Origin: the human T2T-CHM13v2.0 reference genome, Homo sapiens
NCBI RefSeq assembly: GCF_009914755.1
Contig: NC_060933.1
Strand: one strand, 5' to 3'
Length of the DNA: 64,000 bases
This document shows, one piece after another, positions 43,102-54,425 of the stretch; position 1 is the stretch's first letter; every line of letters starts with the position of its first letter. The notes under the pieces are model-generated. The model did not search any database, was not told the DNA's origin, and saw only the letters and a list, made by a program, of their open reading frames with translations. The position numbers were made by a program, and so were the translations under genes.

Positions 43102-45568
43102 CAAAACGAACACACTGCAGTATCCCACAGGAGCTCTTTGTCCTACAGGAGAGCAGCGGACCCACGTCAGAGAAGATGCTTGAGTCTTTTCACGGCTCTT
43201 CTCTGAGAAATGAAGCCACACCACGATACAGTCAGCAAGAGGAAGCCGGGAATGAGAGATGGCAACAATCCCTGTCCCTGGAACGCTGGCCTCCCTGGAC
43301 AAGCCACCCTTTTGGAACCCCACCCCTTATGCCCTTGGCGGTGGCACGGTGCTGTATGCTGCCTGGGCTCCGGCCTCTGCTCTGTCCTCCATCTTACTCT
43401 GCCTCCCCTGTTTCTCAGGGGCCTGGATGCCTCTAGCTCTGGCCAAATGCCTTCAACGAAGATGGCTTCCCAGTCCGTCAGGGAGACATTTCTTCGAGAT
43501 CCGTGCCGTGATTGTTTCTCTCTCCAAACCTGTTTCTGCTTGATTGGGCTGGTCTCATGACCCGGGAACTCTTGACTTCCTTAGGTGTCTCAGGCAGGGA
43601 AGCTTCCTTCTCCACGTTTCCCCTCATGGGTGGTTGGATTGCCTAGAATGAGCGCTAGGTGAACGTGACTGGCCTTGTCTTCCAGGACAGGTGGTGTCGC
43701 ATTTCCTCTGCACTTCCTGTCTCATTCTTGAGGGATATCCTCTCCTCTGCTCCTGGGTGAACTGAAGCCCTTGATCATCTGGCAGAAAAGAATGTCAGGG
43801 AACCCAAGGGACTGGTCTAGGGTTGGGGGCTGGTCCTGGGGCTCGGTGCAGCCAAAGTTGTGTCAGGGCTGCCAGGGCCTTGGATGGTTTGGGGTGGGGC
43901 GAATTTTGCAGAAACCTCTTTGCTCCTCTGGTAGGCATTTGAAAACGTGGCTTGGGTCAGGCACAGGCCCCCCCCCCACCCCGCGTGTCCCACGTGTTTT
44001 TCGATTTTCCTTGGCATTGATGGAAAGGTCACCCGTTTCCCCCTTCCACCGGCACGTTCCTGGACACCACCCTTTGTTTCGCCCTCTCCCCGTATGCCTC
44101 CAGTGACACGCATTAACACCAACTGCTGTGGGATAGGCCAGTGCCACGCGTAGTCATATGGTCTCCGCCTCGGATTTGCCCCTGTTCCTCTTTGCAGGTG
44201 TCCTGTAAAGCACTGTCGGCTTTCCGGAGCCCCAGGGCTTTTAGAAGCAGGGCAGGCCACTGCTCTTTCTAAGGAGGAGGGCATTGAAAAACACACCCCC
44301 AAGCAATCCCTGAGGCTGTGATGTTCTGCTCTCTACGAGAAGGACCCTCGGGTGAGAGAGCAGCCCAGGGGCATGCAGGCCGACCTGTCCTAGAGATCAC
44401 TGACGGAGGCACGACTTTTGGGGAGACTCACCCCAACAAACACCGTCCGGTCAGGCCTGAGGCTGGGATCCCGTGCTGCTTCCCCCGTCTCCGCTGGGCT
44501 TTCCTCATGGTAGTCGGCCCTTTGCGACTCCTGGCATCTGGGGACATTCCCGTTGACCCCAAGAAGAGGTTAGGCCGGAGCCTCAGAGCCCGGAAACCCA
44601 AGCACTGCCACGGAGGGCTCCTTCTTCGCCAAGCCTCGGGGACTGGTTTCTAAGACAACCATGGGAACCACTGTGACTGGAGAAGCCGCTCCCGCCTCGC
44701 GCATGTGCATTGGCTGAGCCGACTCGCGCTCCGTTCTTGGCAGTCAGGCTGTGTCCCCTTTAAATACTGCCACCTCTGAGCGCGGCAGCAGCGAGGCTCC
44801 TGCTAGCCCCGCGGCGGCGGCTAGATCCAGGGTCCAGTTTAGGGCGGCGTGGGAGAGGGGGCCGTGGGTGTCTTCTCCTGTCCCAGGGCCAAACCCCGAG
44901 GAGTCCTCACCTCAGGACCTGCTTGAGCCGACTTCCACCGAGGGAGGGGGAGCTTCAGGACGCCTGCTGTGTTCTCCGGACTCCTGTTCAGATCCAATTT
45001 TGGCCCCCTTCGAGTGAAATAGGATGGGCTCACCACATCTGGTGAGGCAGGCAGGGCCTCGCTGCAGCGCAGAATGATCCCATAGGTCTCAAGGCCTAGT
45101 GTCAGCTGCAAATTCACTTATCCGTCAGCCCTCTGCCTCCCTCCTCCTTTGAAAGAGCGGTGGCCTGCCCCGCTTCTAAAAGCCCTGGGGTTCCGGAAAG
45201 CCCACCGTGCTTTACAGGACACCTGCATAGAGGAACAGGGGCGAATCCGAGGTGGAGACCATGTGACCACGCGTGGCACTGGCCTATCCCACAGCAGTTG
45301 GTGTTAATGTGTGTCACTGGAGGCATACGGGGCGACGGCGAAACAAAGGGTGGTGTCCAGGCATGTGCCGGTTGAATGGGGAAACGGTTGACCTTTCCAT
45401 CAATGCCAAGGAAAATCGAAGAACACCTAGGACCGGGGGGGTGGGGGTCCTGTGCCTGACCCAAGCCACGTTTTCAAATGCCTACCAGAGGAGCAAAGAG
45501 GTTTCTGCAAAATTCGCCCCACCCCCAACCCTCCACCGCCCTGGTAGCCCTGACGCAACTTCAGCTGC

Positions 45569-45604
45569 GCCCAGCCCCAGCCCCAGCCCCAGCCCCAGCC
45601 CAGT
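45569..45604. repeat. (CCCCAG)n hexamer run, G4-capable on the minus strand
   Basis: cccagccccagccccagccccagccccagcccag. Confidence 0.85.
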
Positions 45605-46351
45605 CCCTTTGGTTTCCTGACATTCGTTTCGGCCAGAAGATCAAGGGAGTCAGGCCACCCAGGAGCAGAGGAGAGGATGTCCCTCATGAATGAGACAGGA
45701 AGTGCAGAGGAAATGCGACACTACCTTTCCTGGAAGACAAGGCCAGTCATGGTCGCCTAGCGCTCATTCTAGGCAATCCACCCACCCATGAGGGGAAACG
45801 TGGAGAAGAAGGAAGCTTCCCTGCCTGAGACACGAATGGAAGCCAGGAGCTCCCAGGTCATGCGACCTGCCCAATCAAGCAGAAACACGTTTGGAGAGAG
45901 AAACAATCACGACACGGATCTCGAAGAAATGTCTCCCTGACGGACTGGGAAGTCATCTTTGTTGAAGACATTGGGCGTCAGCGAGAGGCATTGAGGCACT
46001 TGAGAAACAGGTGAGGCAGAGCAGGAGGGAGGACAGGGCAGACGCCGGCGGCCAGGCAGGATATATCACCGTTCCACTGCCAGGGTCATAAGGGGTGGGG
46101 TTCCAAAAGGGTGGCTTGTCCAGAGAGGCCAGCATTCCAGTGACAGGGACTGTTGCCATCTCCCATTCCCGGCTTCCTCTTCCAGACCTTATTGTGGTGT
46201 GGCTTCATTTCTCAGAGAAGAGCCATGAAAAGATACAAGCATCTTCTCTGACGTGGGTCCGCTGGTCTCCTGCGGGACAAAGAGCTCCTGTGGGGCTCGT
46301 GTCCTCGTCTGCAGTGTGTTCATCTTGATCCTAGAAAAGAGGCTGTTCAGG

Positions 46352-46732
46352 ATGGGGAGGATATTTCAATTGCTCCGGGACCGAAGAATCTCCTCACGTG
46401 GGCCAGGCCTTCACACACCCAAAGCGGAACCGCGTCGGCGAAAAGGATTGACAACCGGTCTCATGACCCAGGCAGAGAGGCAGAAACAGGCTCACCAAAG
46501 ACAGGCCGCCATGCGAGAAACAGCTTTGTGGTGCACAGGGCACATTCGGCCAAGGACACACACGCACACGGGCACACACACACAAACCGACAGAGAGAGG
46601 GAAAGAAACACACAGAGACTGAGAGACAGAGAGAGAAGAGAGAATGGGAGACACACACACATACACACACAGACACACACACAGAGTCTTATAGCAAAGG
46701 CATTGAAAGACACACACCCAGGCAACCCCTGA
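46352..46732 (+). CDS. FAM27E1: FAM27E-family putative 126-aa ORF (likely lncRNA/pseudogene; exact paralog uncertain)
   Basis: MGRIFQLLRDRRISSRGPGLHTPKAEPRRRKGLTTGLMTQAERQKQAHQRQAAMRETALWCTGH...; paralog of the FAM27D1 ORF in the inverted unit. Confidence 0.5.
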   Translation: MGRIFQLLRDRRISSRGPGLHTPKAEPRRRKGLTTGLMTQAERQKQAHQRQAAMRETALWCTGHIRPRTHTHTGTHTQTDRERERNTQRLRDRERRENGRHTHIHTQTHTQSLIAKALKDTHPGNP

Positions 46733-49700
46733 GGCTGTGGGGTTCTGCTTTCGACGAGAACGACCCTTCGGTGAGAGAGCACCCCAGGGGCACGCAGGCC
46801 GTCCTGTCCTCGAGATCACCGCGTCACGACTTTTGGGGAGACTCACCCCCACCAACACCGTCCAGAGAGGCCTGAGGGAGGGATTCCATGCTGCCTTCTC
46901 CGGACTCTGCGTCGGGTTTCCTCACCCTGTTTGGCCCTTTGTGACTCTTGGCATCCGGAGACTTTCCCCTCGACCCAGTGGAGTCGTCAGGCCGGAGCCT
47001 CAGAGCCTTGACACCCAAGCACTGCCACGGAAGTCTCCCCCTTTGCCAAGCCTCGGGGACTGGTTTCTAAGACAACCGTGGGAACCACTGTGACGGGAGA
47101 AACCGCTTGTGCTTCGCGCATGCGCATTGGCTGGGCCGACTCCTTCTCCCCTCCTGGCAGTCAGGCTGCGTCCCCTTCAAAGAACGCCACCGCTGAGAAC
47201 TGACCCTCACATCTCCCTTCCTGAATTTCTTTAGGGAAAGCAACAACCATCCCTGTAAGCCATGGGTTTTCATGCGGAGGAAGGAGAGGGCTAGTTGTCT
47301 GAGAGGGAAACTGCTTAAGGCTGCAGACTAGGAAATGGGATTCCAGGTTTAAGATAGCTCCTTTCTGGACCTCAGTCCTTCACCTAGTCACCTAGTCACA
47401 GGGTGGATCGCCTCTAAGGATACTTAGTGGAAAAGGAACCAAATTCGGGATGGTTCTCCTTGCTTTAAGCCTTGATGGGAGACGGGGAGGCCAACCCTTC
47501 TCTGCAGACCGTGATCCTCACTAGACAGAGGAGCTCCAAACCTGCCCATCTCATCCCATGCACCTACGGTGCCTGGCCTGGCTCCAAACTCCCGAAAGGA
47601 ACTATTTTACAGGTGCCAAAAAGGGGACAGTGTTGATAATAATAATAAAATGAAACAATCTGATTGGGGCATTGCTGGATCAGAAAATGTGTGACCTTTT
47701 TAAAGTTAAATTGTTAAAAAATTTTAACTATTAAACATTTTAAATATTAAGCCTGATCTGTTTGGTAGCCCTGGAGCAGGGCTGAGGCATAGAGAGAAAC
47801 CTTTCCTTCAGCCAGGTGGTCTGTGTCACACTGATTTATTTTTATTTTATTTGTGGATTTCTTAATGGACCCAACGGTGGTTCCTCTTTGCATCCCTCGG
47901 GTTGACAGGCAATTCCATCCTAGCCCAGTTCTCAGCTCTGGTTTAGTTTTCATAACTTTTGGGGGTCCAGGGAGCCATGAGACTGGAGATAGAAAACAGA
48001 AGTTCACTGGGGCGGTGGGTCTGCCTTGGCTTACCCCCAAATTTCTGGATTCCAGGTGCCTTGCTCCAGTCCCCGCCCCATCCTAGGCTCAGGATGCTCT
48101 CCCACCCTACTAACCACCGGTCCGGTCAAAGCCCAAGCTGCTGCCAGCCGCCATGTTATCTCCTAGCCTGGCTAGGGTGCCTGCTAGCCAGCAGTGGCTA
48201 TGGTGGTGTGCAGAGTGAGGGTGAGTTTTTGTATTGACTGCCATTCCATTTACCTCAAGAAGTATGTTTGGGCAACCATTCTGTGCCAGGCAGCAGACAG
48301 AGTCCCTACACTGCAGGAATTCCTAGTCCTGTGGGCAGGGGTGTGTGGAGGATGGCACATGGTGGTTAGCCTGGTCCAAGGGTCTCCACTCCCTTCCTAG
48401 CATCCTAGAGATCCTGGAGGCTAGGTTGGCCACAGAGACTGAGTTCAGGACAATTCCTTCACGCAGTTAACGAAGTTAATCTGTAAGTTCCTGGTTAAAA
48501 AAAAAAAAAAACACACACACACACACACAAAAACACAAAAACTGGCAGTCGTGGGAGGTATTTCCCCACTGGGCTGGTTGGTAGCAGGGGAAGAACTGTG
48601 GACCCCTGGCCGAGTGGCGCCTGGAAGGAGGCTGACGTAAGAGTGGTGTAGCTGTGAGTAGGAGAAGTGAGATCTAGTGGGGTAAGTCCATGTTCCCTGT
48701 TCCTAAAGTCAAATTCTCCCTGAAAAGACCCAGGGCAGCACTGTTAGGGAGCTGAAGGAGTCCCTCTGTACCCAGAGGGAATTAGGCCACTCAGGCCTCA
48801 GAGAAGGAGGGCGGGTGGTGAGGACAACCTCCCCAAGCCCCCATCAGAGCAGGCCCAATACTTGGAAATTCACTCCTCAGTCCACCAGATTCTGGTCCCA
48901 TCCTACATCCCCACCAGGGCACAGGAGGCCCACATAAAAACAAGCTTTATTTGGCCAAATTAACTCACTTTCCTGGATTACCTTACTTATTGGAAAGCGA
49001 AAGTACACCCCACGCTCCTCGCCCTGTCCCTGCCGAAACCTCTTTATCTCTGAAGCCCACTCTTTAAGACCTAAAAATTAAGGTTCAAGAGAAACGCTCT
49101 AGGACTACAGGAGTGACACGACAGTCCCTATCCTACAGTGCACTAAAAGCCAAACTGAAGGCTGCTTCCTCGGTGGAGAGTGTCTCAGGGTGAGGTGGCA
49201 GGACTGTTAGCCGCTTCTCATTTTACAAGCTCCTTGTCCACAGTCATCTGCACCAGCCCCTCACAAAACTGGTTCTCGCCTTCTGGTGGGTGCTGGTGTT
49301 TACCCCTTTCCTCCCACTATCTGTTCAAACCGAGCCCACCCACCCTCCATTCACCTCCCCTCCTTAAGGCTCCCTGAGCTCTATTTACCCTTTTGTAACT
49401 CCATCCCTCCATAAGTACACAACTCTCCTAGCTGGTTTCCTAGAGGGCAGATACAGTGTTTCCAGTCGGCCCTCTGCAGATATCTGTGAATAAGTCTCTC
49501 CCAGCCCCTACATATAAATGTGTCTGTTCTAGACAGATGGGCCTAAGTCCCAACGTAAACACATCACTGGATAATTACACCTTATATACATACAGATTTC
49601 TCTATAGAGTTATATTTGAAAGTGTCTATAACTCTAGAGAGAGATTGCAGCATGCACATATAGGACTATAATTACTTATGTCTATTTTTATAACTATGCA

Positions 49701-50439
49701 GTTATAAATAGATATGCCTATATACAGTGATAATAATATAGAAATATCTCCATAGCCATATATGGCTCTAAGTGAATGCTCTAACTACTCTATTTCGCAA
49801 TCAATAAGTATATATCTCCTGATACATAATTCTAACAATATACGTTTTTATCTATATAGCTGTTCAGAGATATAAATCTGTCAGGATATCAAATGTACAT
49901 AAAGCCGGATGGCTGTAAGGGAGTCGCATATTTTCCCATATATAAATCTGCTCCTATAACTACTGTATATGCACAAATACAATGGAAATAATTATATTTC
50001 CCTCAAACGTAAATCTGTAAATACAACCACAGCACATTTAGGTACCATTAGACATAGAGCAATATTTCCTAGACATCAGTCTGTCAGTAGAGCCACCAGT
50101 GCCTCCAAACAGAGAGTTATAGAGGGAGTTATAAATAAACTCTCCAGATGTGAACGGATCAGTAGAACTAGATGTAAACATGACTCCAAGCCGTTCCTCC
50201 TCCTCCTTCTTCTTCTTTGTAAGATATTCCTGAAGCAAGCCCAGTCATATAACAGGGTGCAGAGGTGTCTGGGTACTGGTATTTTTTCCCCCAAGGAGGG
50301 TCGGAGGTGGCTGGACTTTGGGAAACTGTGCAGGAGTGGGTAGGGGACAATGCCCGCTCCCAACACAGCCCAGAAGCCCCTTCCGTCTGTCTCCTGGTGG
50401 CTGAGAGCTCGGGCAAGTGGAGAGGCCTAAGGGAGAAAA

Positions 50440-50720
50440 ATGAAAAAGCAGAGTCTGGCTTGAGTCGTTCAGCCCTTCGGCCTAAAACCCTCTCAACAGG
50501 GAAGCCCCGAACAGGCGTCGGAGCGTAGAGAGCCCACGAGGCCCAGAGGCTGGGGGTAAGGGGCTGCAGGCCGGGCTGCGGAGGCCGAGCAGAGTCGCCA
50601 GCCGGTGCCTGACTGCCCGGCGCCCCATCTCCCGGGGCCGCTGCCTCGCCCTCGGCCTGGAACACAAAACCTGGGCCCTAGCCCTGCGCCCTGTGCTCAG
50701 CACTTCCACTGGTCTTATTT
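50440..50720. promoter_or_regulatory. CpG-rich patch
   Basis: High GC with many CpGs in non-repeat sequence. Confidence 0.55.
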
Positions 50721-50803
50721 TATTGCTGTTTTGTCCAATTAGGTATCGCAGCGTCCTCCACCTGGTGTTGTTTTCAAATGCGAGGGCACCCAGGGCTTTC
50801 TGA

Positions 50804-50804
50804 A

Positions 50805-50854
<50 letters not shown>

Positions 50855-50865
50855 TGTGTGTGTGC
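50804..50865. repeat. (TG)n(CG)n(TG)n alternating purine-pyrimidine tract, Z-DNA-prone
   Basis: 62 bp of uninterrupted alternation including cgcgcg. Confidence 0.9.
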
Positions 50866-51999
50866 TGGCTTTAAATAAGTGACTCAGTGGATAGTGTATT
50901 TCTCTTTTCAGACCAAATGGGTCACCGGCTACTGAAAAAGAATCCAGACCTCTGAAAGGGTTCGTGACAAATTTTTTAGAAGTTCTCACGCTCATCTGTT
51001 ACGATGATTTTCTTTTCTTTTTTCTCTTTTAAAAAAGTTGGCTAATTTGTGTTTCTATATTCCTCTTTAATTTTATTTTTATTGGGGGTACAAATGTTTT
51101 TAAAGGAGGGATTTCGTTAGACCCGAAACTGTGGGGTGGCTTCCTCTCTAGCCAACTTACTATCTCTACGCCTGTGATTCCCATCTCCCCCAAGAAAACA
51201 AACCAATTAAATGACCAGAAAACTGTACCTGGAGAAAATGAGGTATATGTTGCAGGATCCGGGACCGCGGTCTTTGCTTGCTTCGTGAAAAATCGGCTGG
51301 TCTCCAAACTCGCGAAGGAAAATTCAAGGCGCCTCAACTCCTCCTTTTAAATTTTTTAATAAAGAGCCTAGAAGGGGAACTTTCCCTGGGCCTGCCGGAG
51401 TCCCAGCCTGGCTCTCCCAACTTCCCAGCGGCCATAAGTGTTTTTCTGCTTCCATTCGGGCCCCCCGTCTTCCCGGGCATCTCTGAGCTCCTGCCGGATC
51501 AAGGCTGTGGTCATCACCTCATTCATCTCTGCTGCTTGGCCTGAGCCTGCACATTTGGCCTCCTTCTTAAAACAGGGGCTCCTAGAGAGTCCCAAAATCC
51601 ACTAACCATTCCCATATGTGGGATCCCTTCCCTGATCACACAAAGCAGAAGCCTGAGAAAAAAAGCAATAAAGAGTGGCCTCCTGGCTCTCCTTCTCCTC
51701 TTACGTCCCTTGTCTGGGAAAGGGGTTCCCAACCCCAGCCCCACCAAGAGCATATTAAGAAGCTGTCTTCCTCCCTTCCTTTCCTATCTCCCCCTCAGAT
51801 GCTGTGATCCTGACTCCTTCTGTCTCCACCTCAAAATATTTCCTCTTGCATTTTATTGTTATTCTGTTATGCAGGGACTGTTAACTACTGTTTTATTATT
51901 ATTATTCATTATTTATTGTTATTAAGATTGTCGTTAGAGATTTGTTCACCACCGTTCAAGGGACAGCAGCCTGGCCCAGTGGGAAGCCTGCCTCTCCCT

Positions 52000-52044
52000 G
52001 TCTCTCTCTCTCTCACACACACACACACATACACACACACACAC
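52000..52044. repeat. (TC)n(CA)n microsatellite
   Basis: Directly visible. Confidence 0.9.
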
Positions 52045-53419
52045 CCTAACACAGTGCACACTCACGCATATATGCTCACAAATGCCTGCTGTGTTCGGGC
52101 CCCTGCACAGCAATCCGAAGAGGCAGGCATCCTACCCCAGCATGCAAACAACACACTGCCCACGCACACCAGCATTCAGGCAGAACACCACCCCCAGACC
52201 AACGCCAAAACCCACACGCACCGAGCTTGCAAGGAAAGGAAAATACATAAAGAATCCCTTCTCTCCAAAACCTGGAGGGGCGAGTCAGGCCTCTGTCTCT
52301 TCCCCCCAGTCGCTTTCGCTTTCTCTTTTTTTTTTCTCCTTGTTTACAGCTTCAGAGAGCTCAAGGCCCATAAATCTTGAGGGGTCTACAGAGCGCAGAG
52401 CACATTTGTATGCATCGTTAGGACTCGCTAATACCTAAGCCCATTAAGGAGCGTGCATGCGCGTGGTTTCCGGTGTGTATTAACTTATAGTTAAATTCTG
52501 GAGGAAAGGGCATTGTGAATTAACATATACCAAATCCATCATGGGCTTTTGTCATATCAGATTAGTCAGTCATGGGTTTGGGGGAGTAACTTGCCTGGGT
52601 CGGGGTGTACCCACCCTTCAAACTTTGTGGAGCAGGCCCGGGGGTCTTGGGAAACACGAAGGCATTCCTATCCAGCCCCAGTCATTCGGATCCCCCAGGC
52701 CTAGCGGCTGCACACTTGTGAGATGGCGGAGGGACTGCAGACCCGGGTGCAGGAGGCCAGTGCCAGCGAAGAGAGGTGGGCAAGGGAGGCCCCTCCAGCG
52801 TCCTGCTGGGGTTGAGTTGGGGCGACTCGTCCCGTGGCCGCTGGGTCGTCTGGTTTCCCCTTTCCGAAAGAAATGAGAGGAGAGGCAAGTGGAGTCGCTG
52901 AACTTTGATTAAACCATAGAGAAGACAGTGGGAGGAGGGAAAAAAAAACAGATCGGAGAAGGAGGAGGAGGTGGCCGAGAGATCGAGGAAAGGAAGTCCT
53001 AGAGGCTCTGGGGAATTTGGAAATCTCTCCAAGGGGCTGAAAGCTGGAAGTTGTATGAAGGTGTTCCTTTCCCACACCCCAGCTACTCCGCCCCAGTCGA
53101 AGAGGCTAATTCCGGGCCTCTTATAAAAATAAGAAAGAAAAGGTAAAGAAAAAGAAAATCTAATTATGTGGCATGTTTCAGCCAGGTGTTCCTGGTTCCA
53201 ATGACTCAGACCCTATTGGAGCCCCAAGTATCTGGATAATTGGGCCTGCCTAGACAGAGATGAAGGATGCCATTTCTAAAAGGAGGAAGGGGAGAGGAAA
53301 GTCCATCTCTTGGGGTCTTGTAGAAAATGCCAAAGACCAACCAAGCTAAATTATTGTGTCCCTGTAGATCTATTTGCCTCTTTACGTACAGCAGGCTGTG
53401 GGGGTGGGGGGTGAGGGAA

Positions 53420-53790
53420 GGCCGGGAATAAACGACCAGGATGGAGCGGGCTGGCAGGAGAGAAAATGCGCCCCCCACTCTTTGCGGGAACAGCCAACGG
53501 GCCTCCTCAGCTCGCAGCTCAGGCGGCCGCGCGGCAGGCCGGTCCTGGGCCGGGGTCCGGGGCCGGCCTGGGGGAGGGGAGGCGGGGGCGGGAGGGGAGG
53601 CGGGGGCGGGAGGGGAGGCGGGGGCGGGCCCTCCCCGGGCGCTGTGAACTTTAGCTGGGCCGCCGCCTGTCAGCCCCAGAAAGCGTTAAAGGTGCAGCAG
53701 CCCGCGCCAGCCTCCGCAGCCGCCTTTGTACGCGTGATTTATGACTTCAGTCTTGGTTCACCAAGAGTTCACACGGCTTTCGCTGCTGTT
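53420..53790. promoter_or_regulatory. CpG island with triplicated GC-box/EGR repeat, MEIS and PBX-HOX sites and a DR5 RARE
   Basis: (GGGAGGGGAGGCGGGGGC)x3 at 53572-53625, CTGTCA 53667-53672, TGATTTATGA 53735-53744, GGTTCAccaagAGTTCA 53755-53771. Confidence 0.7.
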
Positions 53791-54260
53791 GAAGGTTAAA
53801 AGATGGTCTTCGCTTGACAAGTTGGACTATTGAAAATTCCTTCTTCTTCTTCTTTTTTTTTATTTTAGAAGCGAAGAGCAGAGGCTCAGGAGAGAAAAAA
53901 ATTGGGGAGGGGGTGGGGGACAGGGGTTGCAGGTGGGCCAAAATGGTAGGTCAGGAAGGTTTGTCTTCCTATATTTAGGATTTTTTGTTGTTAGGATTTG
54001 CGTGTGTGTTGGGGAGAGGGTAGAGAATAAGAGGGAGCTAGGCAAGAGATGTAAAGATCTCTCATATTTAGAGGCCAAAGGAGTGAAAAAAAAACTTGCT
54101 TCCACAGTTAATTATCTGGGTAACTTGGGTCACACCCCCTAACTGATCCTCCTCTAGAGACCGGAAATGGGCCAGGTAAGGGAGAGAGTTTGGGTAAAGG
54201 GTAAGGTTTGTGTGCTTCTCACTGGGTGTACTTGATCATCCACCTTACCTGGGTAACTAC

Positions 54261-54425
54261 TTTTTTTTTTTTTTTTTTGGAAATGGGGTCCAGCTCTGTT
54301 TCCCAGGCTGGAGTGTTGTGGCACCATCATAGTTCACTGAAGCCTCAATCTCCTGGGCTCAAGTAGTCCTCCCACCTTAGCCTCTTAAGTATGTGAGACT
54401 GCAGGCATGTGCCACACCGCCAGGC
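54261..54425 (-). mobile_element. Free Alu monomer (FRAM/FAM-like)
   Basis: Single arm with poly-T; TSD tgggtaactac/tgggtagctgc. Confidence 0.8.

Noticed and set aside
49969-50709. ORFs across the CpG patch (124 aa, 165 aa)
   Set aside because: No recognisable domain, low-complexity composition and no supported exon structure.
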